Assembly (NCBI GenBank): GCA_963768855.1
Contig: CAVYJM010000006.1
Span: forward strand, 672,001-736,000
DNA: 64,000 nt
Reading direction: 5' to 3'
Origin: an uncultured Thermoplasmata archaeon
GTDB taxonomy: Archaea; Thermoplasmatota; Thermoplasmata; RBG-16-68-12
The notes under the pieces were generated by a model that was not told the origin of the DNA, did not search any database, and saw only the letters and a list, made by a program, of their open reading frames with translations. Below, one piece after another: positions 38,054 through 48,063 of this stretch. The translations under genes and the position numbers were made by a program. Every line of letters begins with the position of its first letter. The first letter of the stretch is position 1.

Positions 38054-39835
38054 ATGGGGACGGCCGAGGTTCCTTCCGAGTTGGCGGGGAACCCCACCGC
38101 GGCGCGCGCGCCCGAGCACGCGTGGCGCGCCAAGGCGCTCGCCCGGGTCTCCACCTCCTGGGCCGTCCGCCTCTGGCACGGCGGGATCGTCGCCTTCTTC
38201 CTGGTCTTCGTCCTCCTCCCGACGCTGTACGTCCTCGGCTACGTCGCGGTGGACTGGGGTGGCGTTCAGACGATCTTCGCGGACCCGGTCCTCGCGAGCC
38301 GCATCCTCCCCGCGGTCGCCTACTCGTTCGGCGTGGCGGGGATGGTGGCGCTCTTCGACCTCGTCGCGGGCCTGCCCCTCGCCTGGCTGCTCGTGCGCCA
38401 CGACTTCCGCGGGAAGAGCTGGTTCGACACCCTCATCGACTCGCCTCTTGCCGTGACGACCGCGGGCCTGGGCTTCAGCGTGGTCCTCTTCTGGGGCCTC
38501 TCCCCGACGATCGCACAGCATCCTCCCGGATCCCTGGGCCTGACCGGGAACGCGTTCCTGATCCTCGTCCTGCTTCACCTCACCACGACGTTCCCGTACA
38601 TGGTGCGGTCCCTCGCGGCCATCTTGCAGGAGATTGACATCGAATACGAGAACGCGGCGAGGGCCGCGGGGGCGAGCCGCCTCACCGCGGCTCGGACGAT
38701 CACGCTCCCGATGTTCCGGTCCGGCATGGCCACCGGTCTCCTGCTCGTCCTGGCGAAGGCCCTGAGCGACACGGGGGGCGCCCTCACCGCCCTCACCCTC
38801 ATCGGCGCGGTGAACGCGGACGCGAGCGTCCCCGCGAACCTGTATGCCCCCTTCACGGGGAACGGGACCGCGTTGATCGGGATCTGGAAGAGCTTCGCGA
38901 CGCACGCCGGCACCCCCGCATCCGTTGCGACGGAGCTGAACGGCGGGCTCGCGCTCGTCAGCGCGCTCATGATCGTGCTGGCCTTGGTCCTCCTCGTCGT
39001 CGTGAAGTACGTCGCGGTGCGGCTCAAGTTCCCCCTGCGGCGCGTCTGGCCCATCGCCGAGCGCCGCCTGAGTTCGCGCCCCTTCCCGCGGCTCCGGGAC
39101 GTCGGGGCGCTCGCGGCCCTCGTCTTCTTCATCCTGGTCCCGTCCTTCTTCTTCCTGACCTTCCTCGTCGTCGCGACGCCCACGATCGCCCTGGACTGGG
39201 GGCGGTTCTGGGGTGCGGTGGGCATCTCGTTCCTGATCGGCGGCATCGCCACCGGGATCGACCTGGGCATGGGCGTCCCCCTCGCCATCCTGATCACCCG
39301 CGGCAAGATGCGCTGGCTCGCGCGGATGCTCGACGCCCTCGTGAACATCCCGTACATCGTGCCGAGCGCGGCCCTCGGGATCTCCCTGAGCCTCTTCTGG
39401 AGCGCACAGAAGACGATCGTGCCCTCCCTCCTCATCCTGGTCACCCTGGCCCACGTCGCCTTCACCTTCCCCTTCGTCGTCCGCAACGTGGTCGGCGCGC
39501 TCGAACAGCTCGATCCTGCGACGGAGGAGACCGCGCGGACGCTCGGCGCCAAACCCGTCCAGGTGTTTCAGCGTGTCCTGCTTCCCGCGATCCGCCCCGC
39601 GATCCTCGCCGGCGCGATCATGGCCTTCACCCGTTCGCTCGGGGAGACGGGCGCGACGCAAGCCGTCGCGGGCACGAACCTCGAGACGATCCCGCTGCTC
39701 ATCGTGAACATCATCACCTCGAAGACGCCGCAGTACTACGAGGCGGCCCTCGCCCAGCTCGCCCTCCTCGGCGTCTCCTTCGCCGCGATCCTCGCGTTGC
39801 GACTCGTCATCGAACGGAGGCGCGGCCGTGGCTGA
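38054..39835 (+). CDS. ABC transporter fused double permease (FbpB/ThiP-like)
   Basis: About 12 TM helices and two EAA loops (YENAARAAGAS, TEETARTLGAK). Confidence 0.88.
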   Translation: MGTAEVPSELAGNPTAARAPEHAWRAKALARVSTSWAVRLWHGGIVAFFLVFVLLPTLYVLGYVAVDWGGVQTIFADPVLASRILPAVAYSFGVAGMVALFDLVAGLPLAWLLVRHDFRGKSWFDTLIDSPLAVTTAGLGFSVVLFWGLSPTIAQHPPGSLGLTGNAFLILVLLHLTTTFPYMVRSLAAILQEIDIEYENAARAAGASRLTAARTITLPMFRSGMATGLLLVLAKALSDTGGALTALTLIGAVNADASVPANLYAPFTGNGTALIGIWKSFATHAGTPASVATELNGGLALVSALMIVLALVLLVVVKYVAVRLKFPLRRVWPIAERRLSSRPFPRLRDVGALAALVFFILVPSFFFLTFLVVATPTIALDWGRFWGAVGISFLIGGIATGIDLGMGVPLAILITRGKMRWLARMLDALVNIPYIVPSAALGISLSLFWSAQKTIVPSLLILVTLAHVAFTFPFVVRNVVGALEQLDPATEETARTLGAKPVQVFQRVLLPAIRPAILAGAIMAFTRSLGETGATQAVAGTNLETIPLLIVNIITSKTPQYYEAALAQLALLGVSFAAILALRLVIERRRGRG

Positions 39836-40925
39836 GGTCGTCCTGGAGGGGATCTCGAAGTCCTTCGGGAAGAAGCGCGCCCTGCGGGACGTCAACCTGA
39901 ACATCCGCGACGGCGAGTATCTCGTCGTCCTGGGCCCGAGCGGCGCGGGAAAGACCACCCTCCTGCGGACGATCGCCGGCCTGCTCGACCCGGACAGCGG
40001 CCGGATCCGCATGGACGGAAAGGACGTGACCCGCCTTCCCGCAGACGTGCGGCAGGCCGCATTCATGCCGCAGAGCTACTCCCTGTTCCAGCACTTGACG
40101 GTCTGGCAGAACACGACGTTCTCGCCGACCGTGAAGGGATGGCCCGAGTCGGACAGCGACCTCCTTGCGCGCGAGATGCTCTCCATGGTCCACCTGATCG
40201 AGCGCGCGGAGTCGTTTCCTCGGGAGCTGAGCGGAGGGATGCAGCAACGCTGCGCGCTCGCGCGCGCTCTCGCCGCCGACTCCGAGGTCCTGCTCCTCGA
40301 CGAACCCCTGCGGGCCCTCGACGCGCGTCTGCGGATCGAGCTCCGCGCCGAGCTGCGTTCTCTCATCCGGCACGTCGGCACGACGACGATCCATGTGACC
40401 CACGACCAGGAGGAAGCGCTCGTCGTGGCCGACCGCATCGCGGTCCTGCGGAACGGCGAGCTCGTCGAGGTCGGCCCCTCCGAGTACGTGTACTCGAAAC
40501 CTTCCTCCCCGTTCGTCGCGAACTTCCTCGGGGAGATGAACTTCTTCGAGGCCGATTCGTTCCCCGCCGAGGCGGGCACGGTTCGCCTCGTCGCGGGAGG
40601 GACGAACCTCATCGCGCCCGCCCGCGAGGGCCTCTCCGGCCGCGTCCTCGCGGGAATCCGCGCAGAAATCTGCAACGTGCTCCCGCAGGAATGGGGCGCG
40701 GGGCAAGGCGTCGAGGGGGTTGTGAAGCGCCGTCTCTTCATGGGCCGGCGGATCTCCCTGGAGATCGACGTGCCGGAGATGGGCGTCCTCAAGGCGAAGC
40801 CGCTGACCGCGAACGCGCGCTGGGCCAAGGAGGGCGACCCGGTGTTCATGGCGCTGCCCATGGAGCACATCCTCCTCTTCCCCGTGCCTCGCGGGGGCGT
40901 GTCCGCGGCGCTGGAGGTCGAGTGA
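39828..40925 (+). CDS. ABC transporter ATP-binding protein (PotA/FbpC-like, TOBE)
   Basis: GPSGAGKT, LSGGMQQR, LLLDEP, HVTHDQEEA. Confidence 0.92.
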   Translation: MAEVVLEGISKSFGKKRALRDVNLNIRDGEYLVVLGPSGAGKTTLLRTIAGLLDPDSGRIRMDGKDVTRLPADVRQAAFMPQSYSLFQHLTVWQNTTFSPTVKGWPESDSDLLAREMLSMVHLIERAESFPRELSGGMQQRCALARALAADSEVLLLDEPLRALDARLRIELRAELRSLIRHVGTTTIHVTHDQEEALVVADRIAVLRNGELVEVGPSEYVYSKPSSPFVANFLGEMNFFEADSFPAEAGTVRLVAGGTNLIAPAREGLSGRVLAGIRAEICNVLPQEWGAGQGVEGVVKRRLFMGRRISLEIDVPEMGVLKAKPLTANARWAKEGDPVFMALPMEHILLFPVPRGGVSAALEVE

Positions 40926-40926
40926 C

Positions 40927-42018
40927 GTGCCCCGCATCGAAGCGGTCGACGTGGCCAAGCGGTTCGGCCGCATCACGGCCCTCGACACGACGAGCCTCAC
41001 GATCGAGGACGGCGAGTACGTAGCCATCCTGGGCCCGAGCGGATGCGGGAAGACGACCCTGATCAAGGTGCTGTCTGGGATCTGGCAGCCGACGGAGGGC
41101 CGGGTCCTCGTCGACGGCCGCGACGTGACCGCGCTCCCCGTCGAGGACCGCGACCTGGGCTACGTGTTCCAGAACATCGTCCTCTTCCCGCACATGGACG
41201 TGTGGCACAACGCCACATACGGCCCGTGGGTCCGCGACCACAAGAAGGACGAGGTCGACCACGTCGGTCGGGAGGTGCTCGAACTCGTCGACATGCTCGC
41301 GGACCGGGGCCTCTTCCCCGGCGAGCTGAGCACGGGCTCCCAGCAGAAGGTCGCCCTGGCCCGTGCCTTGGCGAACCACGCGAAGGTGCTGATGCTCGAC
41401 GAGCCGCTCTCTGGCCTCGACGCCCGCGTCCGGCTCGACCTGCGGTACGCGCTGCGTCGCGTCGTGAAGGATCTCGGTCTCACGGCGGTGCACGTGACCC
41501 ACGACCAGGAGGAAGCGATGTCCGTCGCGGACCGCGTGGTCGTCATGCGGAAGGGCGGGATCGTGGAATCCGGGCGGCCCGAGGATCTGTACGACCACCC
41601 GGGCAGCGTCTTCACCGCGAATTTCATCGGCGAGAGCAACTTCCTCGAGGGCGCCGTGCGGCGGGTCCGGGCGGACTGGGCGTTCGTGGAGTTCCGCAGC
41701 GGCTACATCCTCCGCGTCCCCGCGAAGGGGCTGATGGAAGGCGACCCCGTCGTCCTCGCCGCGCGGCCCGAGTGGCTCGAGATCTCGAAGGAAGGGTTCG
41801 GCAACGTGATCCCGGGCCGCGTCGAGGGCCGCCTCTTCCTGGGCGCGACCCAGCGCCTCCTGGTCCGTCTCTTCACCTACGATACGGTATCGGTCGACGC
41901 ACCAACCTCTCAAAGTCTTAATACAGCCCGGGATGTTATGGTCTCGTTCCGCGAGGCGAACATCCTGGTTTACCCCCGGCCGTACGAGGGTCTCCAGGAG
42001 GCGTTGAAACTTGAGTGA
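40927..42018 (+). CDS. ABC transporter ATP-binding protein (PotA/FbpC-like, TOBE)
   Basis: GPSGCGKT, variant signature LSTGSQQ, MLDEP, HVTHDQEEA. Confidence 0.92.
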   Translation: MPRIEAVDVAKRFGRITALDTTSLTIEDGEYVAILGPSGCGKTTLIKVLSGIWQPTEGRVLVDGRDVTALPVEDRDLGYVFQNIVLFPHMDVWHNATYGPWVRDHKKDEVDHVGREVLELVDMLADRGLFPGELSTGSQQKVALARALANHAKVLMLDEPLSGLDARVRLDLRYALRRVVKDLGLTAVHVTHDQEEAMSVADRVVVMRKGGIVESGRPEDLYDHPGSVFTANFIGESNFLEGAVRRVRADWAFVEFRSGYILRVPAKGLMEGDPVVLAARPEWLEISKEGFGNVIPGRVEGRLFLGATQRLLVRLFTYDTVSVDAPTSQSLNTARDVMVSFREANILVYPRPYEGLQEALKLE

Positions 42019-42682
42019 GAAGTCCCAGCTTGAATGGTTCCGGAACCGGCGAGAGTCCCGCGCCTTGGCCATGGTGCGCGAGCACGTGACCAAGGTCGTC
42101 GATGCCGGGGCAGAGCTCGACAACGTGCTGGACGCCGCGGTCCGCGGACGCAAGGACGAGCTGGCCGCCGCGTTCAAGCGCCTCCTCATGGACGAGAAGG
42201 CCGCGGACAACGTCGAGATCAACCTCGTCGAGGAACTGAGCCGTGGCGAGCTGCCCGCGAAGGACCGGGAGGACCTGATGCGCCTCGTGTCGTCCGTCGA
42301 CTTGATCGCGGACTGGCTCAAGGTCAGCGGGAAGAACGTCGACCTGCTCCAGGAGACGGGCGTGACGATTCCGGCCGAGGTCTGGAGTTCGTTCAAGGAG
42401 ATGACGAAGAACACCCTGGACTGCGCTCGCTCCCTCAAGGCCATGATCGACGTCTACGGCCAGGACTACGACCGAATGATCAAGGCCCGCGATGAGGTCA
42501 AGCGCCTCGAGAACGTCGTGGACGACCTCTATTTCGAGAACCGCAAAATCCTCGTGAAGATCCACACGAATCCTGGGATCGTCGTGATCCTGAACGATCT
42601 CCTCGAGGGAATCGAAAACGCGACGGACTACTGCAAGCACTCGTCCGATACGTTGCTCAGCCTGGCTCTCCAGGGGCGCTAA
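42011..42682 (+). CDS. DUF47 / PhoU-like protein (archaeal type)
   Basis: EKAADNVEINLVEEL...DREDL..L...VDLIAD, RLENVVDDL, IENATD. Confidence 0.8.
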   Translation: MSEKSQLEWFRNRRESRALAMVREHVTKVVDAGAELDNVLDAAVRGRKDELAAAFKRLLMDEKAADNVEINLVEELSRGELPAKDREDLMRLVSSVDLIADWLKVSGKNVDLLQETGVTIPAEVWSSFKEMTKNTLDCARSLKAMIDVYGQDYDRMIKARDEVKRLENVVDDLYFENRKILVKIHTNPGIVVILNDLLEGIENATDYCKHSSDTLLSLALQGR

Positions 42683-42685
42683 GGC

Positions 42686-43423
42686 TCACTCGGATTCGAT
42701 CCGAGGCGCCAAGAGGTACCTCACGTCACCCTTGCCGCCGGCGATCTTGAACTCCATCCGCACAGGGTAGTCCGTGCCCAGGTACAGCGCGACAGTCGGT
42801 GCCGTGCTGATCGCCTTCACCATGTTCGAGAAGTAGTCGAGCGGGAACAGGGAACGGACCGCGTCCTTCGCGGAGAGCTCCTCGAGGAGGTCCTTCGGCA
42901 CCATGTGCGACACCGTGTCCGTGTCGCCCTCGGACACAACCTCGAACCCTTCCGGGGAGGCCTTCAGGGCGATGTGGTCGCTCACGCTCTCGGACGCGCG
43001 GATCGCCTGGCGCAGCTCGTCCGTCCGGACCACGACCTTCGCGGGCAGGTTCAGGCTCGGCACCTTCGGGTCGCTCATCCCCGCTGTGTCCACGAGGGAC
43101 ATGCGCCGCGTCGTGTTGCCCACGGTCACCACGAGCCGGTTCTTGTCCTCGTCGTGGGCGATCGAGATGACCTCGCCCGCCTTCGCGAGCCGCAGGATCT
43201 CCTTCATCTTGTCCATGTCCAGGCCGAGCTCCGTCTCCTCCGCCTTGTACGACTCGAACGCCCCGCGGTCGAGGGAGAGGTCGACCATCGCGACGTGCGC
43301 AGGATCGACGGCCTTGATCGTGACGGAATCCTTGCCGACGTTCAACTTGGCCTCGTCGACCAAGGTCGAGATCACGTCGACCATTTCTCTAAGAACATCT
43401 GCTTTCAGCTTTGCCTCGAACAT
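42686..43423 (-). CDS. pcn: DNA polymerase sliding clamp PCNA
   Basis: KAVDPAHVAMV, YPVRMEF, YLLAPRIE. Confidence 0.97.
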   Translation of the reverse strand: MFEAKLKADVLREMVDVISTLVDEAKLNVGKDSVTIKAVDPAHVAMVDLSLDRGAFESYKAEETELGLDMDKMKEILRLAKAGEVISIAHDEDKNRLVVTVGNTTRRMSLVDTAGMSDPKVPSLNLPAKVVVRTDELRQAIRASESVSDHIALKASPEGFEVVSEGDTDTVSHMVPKDLLEELSAKDAVRSLFPLDYFSNMVKAISTAPTVALYLGTDYPVRMEFKIAGGKGDVRYLLAPRIESE

Positions 43424-43504
43424 CCGTCTCCCCCGAAAGTTCGGCCGACAATCCGGTCAAGCATAATAAAGGTTCCCGGGAGGACGCTTTCGGCCTCCCC
43501 GCCC

Positions 43505-43819
43505 TCAGTATTCGCGCCAGGTGTGACCGCACTTCACGCAGCGGTAGATGCGCGTCGTCGGCTCGTCCGCGGCCCGTGTCTGCCGCATGACCCAGAACGC
43601 CTCGTAGTGCCCGCACTTCGGGCACTCGGCGCGCGTCTTCGGGAGCGTCTCCGTGATTTCGTCGAGCACGAGGGTCTCCGCGGGCTTCTCTTTCGTCTGC
43701 CGGACGACCTTGGTCACCGTGACGTCCTTGCCCGACGTGGAACGCTCCATGCCGCACGCGTTGCAGCGCAGCTTCCCGTCCACCGGGAACATGAGCGAGC
43801 CGCACTTGGGGCAGAACAT
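43505..43819 (-). CDS. tfs: transcription factor S (TFS/RpoM family)
   Basis: MFCPKCGSLM, C-terminal ribbon CPKCG...QTRAADEP...YRCVKC with the acidic DE pair. Confidence 0.93.
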   Translation of the reverse strand: MFCPKCGSLMFPVDGKLRCNACGMERSTSGKDVTVTKVVRQTKEKPAETLVLDEITETLPKTRAECPKCGHYEAFWVMRQTRAADEPTTRIYRCVKCGHTWREY

Positions 43820-43862
43820 CCGCGCGGTTCGGAGGGGCGCGTGCGATAAAAAGCTTGCGACA

Positions 43863-45011
43863 TCAGCGGGTCGGGTGCTCGTAGTGCTTGAGGGCGCGCT
43901 CGACGAACTTCTGGATGGCGACTTCCTCTTCGTGGCTGCGCTGCCTCGGCCGGTGCGCTTCCTGTGCCTCCCGGTGGGCCACCCGCTCCTCGTCTTCTTC
44001 GTCGTCCCCTTCGGATGCCGCGCGGGCCTTCCCGTGATGTTCCTGGGCGGCCGAGTGGGGCGCCCGGTGCGTGCGCGATGCGACAAGCTCTTCCTCCTCG
44101 GGCTCCTCGTCTTCCTCGTCGTCGCGCGCGCGGGAATGGGCCGCACGGCGGGCCGAACGGCTCTCGGATCCGTCTCCCCCGAGCTTTCGGTATTCCTCAA
44201 ACCGGACGGGGGAGCCGTGCCGGCGACGCTTCGGACCGGTGTGGATCTCCACCTGCCCGTGTCCGCGCGCGCGGGCCCGGACCGGGCGGCGCATCTCGCG
44301 GAGCTCCTCATCCTCCTCGTAGGACTCCTCGTCGTCGGCACCCCGGTGCCCGCCGAGGAGCGGCTGGATCAGGTTGAACCCGACCGACTGGCTCGACCCG
44401 CTCTTGTAGTAGAGCTCGCGGCGGGTCTGGTCGGCGATCAGGCCCCCGATGTAGGCGAAGATGACGACCATCAGGTATCCGTTCGTCCCCATGCCGAAGG
44501 TGCTCTGGAGGGCCCTCACGAACCCGGTCATGTAGCCGACGAGGAAGTCCTTGTACGGCATGAGGAACGGGAGGACGCTCGCCGCGCCGCCTGCGACGGC
44601 CTGGGGCAGGGAGGCCACGAGGTCGATTTGGGAGGAGCCGACGCCGCGGGTGTAGGCCGTGTTCGCGATCAGGACGATCGCGACCGGGAGGATCGCAGCC
44701 ATGACGCCCTTGATCGCCGATCCCGAGCGTCGTCCGCCGACATAGCCCGCAATCATCGGACCGGCCGGCTGGATCCACCACAGGAGAAACGAGAGGATCA
44801 GGATGACCCGCGCGGACGACCAGAAGGAGAACGGCGGGCCCTCCCCGCGCATGCGCTGGGATTCCCCGTCGACCTGGATGCGGTAGGCGTTCGGGTTCCC
44901 GCGCCCCTGGCGCGGCGACTTGCCCTTCCACGCACCCTTGGGCTCCTCCTCCTCATCGTCGTCTTCGGAACGGTGGGACCCGAGGAGCCAGCGGAGTACA
45001 CCCATGCCCAT
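43863..45011 (-). CDS. membrane protein with long charged low-complexity tails
   Basis: Hydrophobic core (ILILSFLLWW...PMIAGYVGGRRSGSAIKG...) between Glu/Arg-rich regions. Confidence 0.65.
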   Translation of the reverse strand: MGMGVLRWLLGSHRSEDDDEEEEPKGAWKGKSPRQGRGNPNAYRIQVDGESQRMRGEGPPFSFWSSARVILILSFLLWWIQPAGPMIAGYVGGRRSGSAIKGVMAAILPVAIVLIANTAYTRGVGSSQIDLVASLPQAVAGGAASVLPFLMPYKDFLVGYMTGFVRALQSTFGMGTNGYLMVVIFAYIGGLIADQTRRELYYKSGSSQSVGFNLIQPLLGGHRGADDEESYEEDEELREMRRPVRARARGHGQVEIHTGPKRRRHGSPVRFEEYRKLGGDGSESRSARRAAHSRARDDEEDEEPEEEELVASRTHRAPHSAAQEHHGKARAASEGDDEEDEERVAHREAQEAHRPRQRSHEEEVAIQKFVERALKHYEHPTR

Positions 45012-45109
45012 CCCTTCAAGGTCGGTCGGACCTTTGTCTGACAGCCTCATGGGCCGACCGCGCTATTAATAGCTTCGGCGGGGCGCCGCGCGTTGACAAA
45101 ACGACGCGC

Positions 45110-46840
45110 TCAAGGACGGAGGACGACCTGGAAGGGGAAGTCCACGGGCGTGCCGGCCGGTCCCCGCACCTCGCCGCGGAGCTGCCACGTGCCCGCGGCA
45201 TTGAGGACCGGGGAGTCGATGAAGTAGTGGTTCCCGTGCGGCCCCTCGAGGGGCAGCGTGACCCACGTGCCGTTCCCGCCCTCGAGGAGGAACGAAAGCG
45301 TGGCGTTGCCCCCCTGGAGATACGCGGTCCCGTTGCCCTCGTAGTAGACGATGAGCTGGAAAATGTAGTCCCCCGGACTCCCGGGCCAGGGGTTCATCTG
45401 GAAGAGGGCGTACAAGCCGCCGCTCGTCGCGTCCAGGGTGAACGTTGGGTTCGACGGCGCGGGCGCCGCGGCCGGGTTCATCGTCGCCAGGAGTCCCGCC
45501 ATCACGAGGACGACGGCTCCCATGACGGCCTCCCAACGCACGACGCGCGAGACCCGCTGGACCTTCGGCGCGCCGAGCTTCTCCGAGGAGACCGCCGGTC
45601 CGAGGGCTCGGTGGTTCCAGGCGCCGAGGAGGACCATCGGGACCAGGAGCCCGGTCTTCGCCAGGATGACCCAGCCGTAGCCCGTGCCGGTCAGGGCGTC
45701 CAGGGTGCCGAGCAAGACGACGGCGAGGATGGCCCCTGCGGAGACCACCATGCCGGCGCCGAGGAGGGCGAGCCGCGAGAAGGCCCGGAGGATCCCGACC
45801 GAGAACTCGGGAGGCGCGGGTTCCTTGAGCCACCCGCGGGTGCGAAGGAGGGCGAGGAGTCCTCCGACCCACAGGCTTGCTCCGTACAGGTGGATGGCGT
45901 CCGCGATCGGCGCAAGGGGCCACCATGCCGTCGCCGTCGCGCTGTGACTCGCCGCAACCTCGGCGAGGATGATCAGGAACCCGGAGAACAAGATCGGGAG
46001 GAACTCCCACGGCCGCTCGTCGAGGATCCGGCCTGGGTCGGATCGGGACAGGACGTGCGTGATCAGGATCACAAGGACGAGCCCGAGCGCGAGCTGAGAC
46101 GCGAGGGAGAGGAGGAAGACGGACCCGACGGCCGCGGCGGCACTGGCGGGCGGCGAGAGGATCAGGTTCTCCGCCCACAGGCCCGCGACGGCCACTGCGA
46201 ACACGGCGGCCCCCAGCCGGGCGAACCGAAGGAGGGCTCGCAGGCCGTCGGCCACCTGGGTGCGATCGGCGGTCTCCAGGGAGGAACCGATCGGGATCCA
46301 AAGGAGCCCCGCGAGGAGGCTCCCCCCGAACGCGACCGAGAAGCCCACGAAGTCCGCGGCTTGGAGGCCCACGTCGAGGGGCGAGACGGGCTGGCTCACC
46401 CCCAGGGTCCCGGTCTGCGGAAAGGTGCCCGGCAGCGTCCCGTTCCGATAGGACACCATGAAATAGAATGTGCCCGCGGTGAAGTGCCCGTCGTCCGCGG
46501 AGACGAGGCTCCAGGTCACCGTGTAGACGCTCGGGCCGATGCCACTGAGGAGATGGACCGTGAACGTCGTCGGGTCCGCGGACGAGAGCTGGACGGGGCC
46601 CGAGTCGACCCTCGCGTCCGAGCTGTTCGTCACCGTGATGGTCGGGGAGCCCGGCTGCACCGCCTCGGAGACGGTCACGCTGACGTACGTCGGGGAGACG
46701 TTCCAGATGTCGTAGGGCGCGGGAGTCGATGCGATGAATTCCGCGTGGCCTGCGACGAGCGGCGCGGCAGCGAGGAGTCCAACGGCAACGAGGGTGGCGA
46801 AGGCCGCGAACGCGCACGCTACGGACCGACGGGAGCGCAT
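45110..46840 (-). CDS. CopC-CopD fusion copper uptake/resistance protein with C-terminal Ig-like domain
   Basis: Signal peptide then HAEFIASTP (N-terminal His), WSLVSADDGH, CopD IHLYGASLWVGGL, RFS-like helix, terminal GPHGNHY domain. Confidence 0.85.
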   Translation of the reverse strand: MRSRRSVACAFAAFATLVAVGLLAAAPLVAGHAEFIASTPAPYDIWNVSPTYVSVTVSEAVQPGSPTITVTNSSDARVDSGPVQLSSADPTTFTVHLLSGIGPSVYTVTWSLVSADDGHFTAGTFYFMVSYRNGTLPGTFPQTGTLGVSQPVSPLDVGLQAADFVGFSVAFGGSLLAGLLWIPIGSSLETADRTQVADGLRALLRFARLGAAVFAVAVAGLWAENLILSPPASAAAAVGSVFLLSLASQLALGLVLVILITHVLSRSDPGRILDERPWEFLPILFSGFLIILAEVAASHSATATAWWPLAPIADAIHLYGASLWVGGLLALLRTRGWLKEPAPPEFSVGILRAFSRLALLGAGMVVSAGAILAVVLLGTLDALTGTGYGWVILAKTGLLVPMVLLGAWNHRALGPAVSSEKLGAPKVQRVSRVVRWEAVMGAVVLVMAGLLATMNPAAAPAPSNPTFTLDATSGGLYALFQMNPWPGSPGDYIFQLIVYYEGNGTAYLQGGNATLSFLLEGGNGTWVTLPLEGPHGNHYFIDSPVLNAAGTWQLRGEVRGPAGTPVDFPFQVVLRP

Positions 46841-47000
46841 GTCTGCGGTCACCCTATCCTCCGGTTGTAGATGTACTGTTCCCCCCTTTCCGCCAGATCG
46901 GACGCACGTCCGGGGATCGACGGGTCCCCCTCGACGGACCGAGACATTACGCCCCCTTGCGTCAGAAGGCATAAGTGCCACGAGGGCGATGCATCTGCTA

Positions 47001-47432
47001 ATGGTCCTCTACGCCAAGGACATCGTCGAAAAGGACATCCTGGCCGTACCGGCCGGAACCTCCGTGCTCGAGGCCGCGAGGGCGATGCGGGACGGACGCC
47101 ACGGCTTCGTGATCGTGGCGACCGCGGACGGAAAGCCGGAAGGCATCGCCACGGAGTGGGACTTCCTCGCGCGTGTGGTTGCGGAGGACCGCGACCCCGA
47201 GGCCGTCCGGCTCGAGGAGATCATGACCCGCAACCTCGTGTCCGTGGACCCGGCGGTGGGCATCGACAAGGTCGCACAGATCATGGTCAGCCAGGGCACG
47301 CGGCGGGTCCTCGTGGTCAAGGATGGCAAGATCCTGGGCGTCATCGAGGCCAAGACGATCCTCGCGCGGATGAAGGAGTACGTCGATCGCCTGAGCGCCC
47401 AGATCGCGCGGACCCAGACGCCGATGTTTTGA
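47001..47432 (+). CDS. CBS-pair protein
   Basis: GIATEWDF...IMTRNLVSV, RRVLVVKDGKILGVI. Confidence 0.88.
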   Translation: MVLYAKDIVEKDILAVPAGTSVLEAARAMRDGRHGFVIVATADGKPEGIATEWDFLARVVAEDRDPEAVRLEEIMTRNLVSVDPAVGIDKVAQIMVSQGTRRVLVVKDGKILGVIEAKTILARMKEYVDRLSAQIARTQTPMF

Positions 47433-47435
47433 GGC

Positions 47436-47768
47436 TCAGCCCTTGGCCCGGTAGCGGTCCGGGTCGTCGAAGAAGTCGATGACCCGAGCCCCTTTCTTGA
47501 GGATGGCCGAATGGGGGGTGCCGGCCGGGATGTAATACTCGTCGCCTCGCCGGCACCTGCGGACCTTCGAGCCGATCGTGAGGCGCAGCTCGCCCTCGAG
47601 CACGACCCCCCACTGTCCGCCATGGCGGTGCTCGGGGACCGCGGTGTCCCGCGTCGCCTCCCAGAAGATGGCGGAGGCGGTCGGTCCGCGCAGGAGACGA
47701 ACGGCCACACCGGGGATCGGAACGTCGGCCTCGGGGAGGGTTCGGAAGAGTTCGGGGAAGGGAGCCAT
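47436..47768 (-). CDS. cupin-domain protein
   Basis: PEHRHGGQWGVVLEGE and GDEYYIPAGTPH motifs. Confidence 0.88.
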   Translation of the reverse strand: MAPFPELFRTLPEADVPIPGVAVRLLRGPTASAIFWEATRDTAVPEHRHGGQWGVVLEGELRLTIGSKVRRCRRGDEYYIPAGTPHSAILKKGARVIDFFDDPDRYRAKG

Positions 47769-47838
47769 GTCCCTCCATGTCCGGGTGCCACAAGAACCTG
47801 CACCTGCGCGGTTGGGCACAAGACAGGAGGCCCGCCGC

Positions 47839-48063
47839 CTAGGATTTTCGCCTCGCGTCCTCGAGGTGTTCCACCTTAATCGCAACGTTTGGTTTGATGC
47901 CGGCTAGCGCAGGCAGGATGTGATTCAGGACTTGCTCTGCAGTCGCCCGGAACGTTCGGCCACGGGTACTCACCTTTACCCAGCCGGCTTTGTCGCGGTA
48001 ATAGCGCTCAGTAGAGGTCTTGATGCTAATCAAGATGACATAGCTGTCATTGGCTAGGTTCAT
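47839..48063 (-). CDS. small hypothetical protein
   Basis: 74-aa ORF with non-shadow composition (YYRDKAGWVKVS...TAEQVLNHILP) in a less GC-rich tract. Confidence 0.45.
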   Translation of the reverse strand: MNLANDSYVILISIKTSTERYYRDKAGWVKVSTRGRTFRATAEQVLNHILPALAGIKPNVAIKVEHLEDARRKS

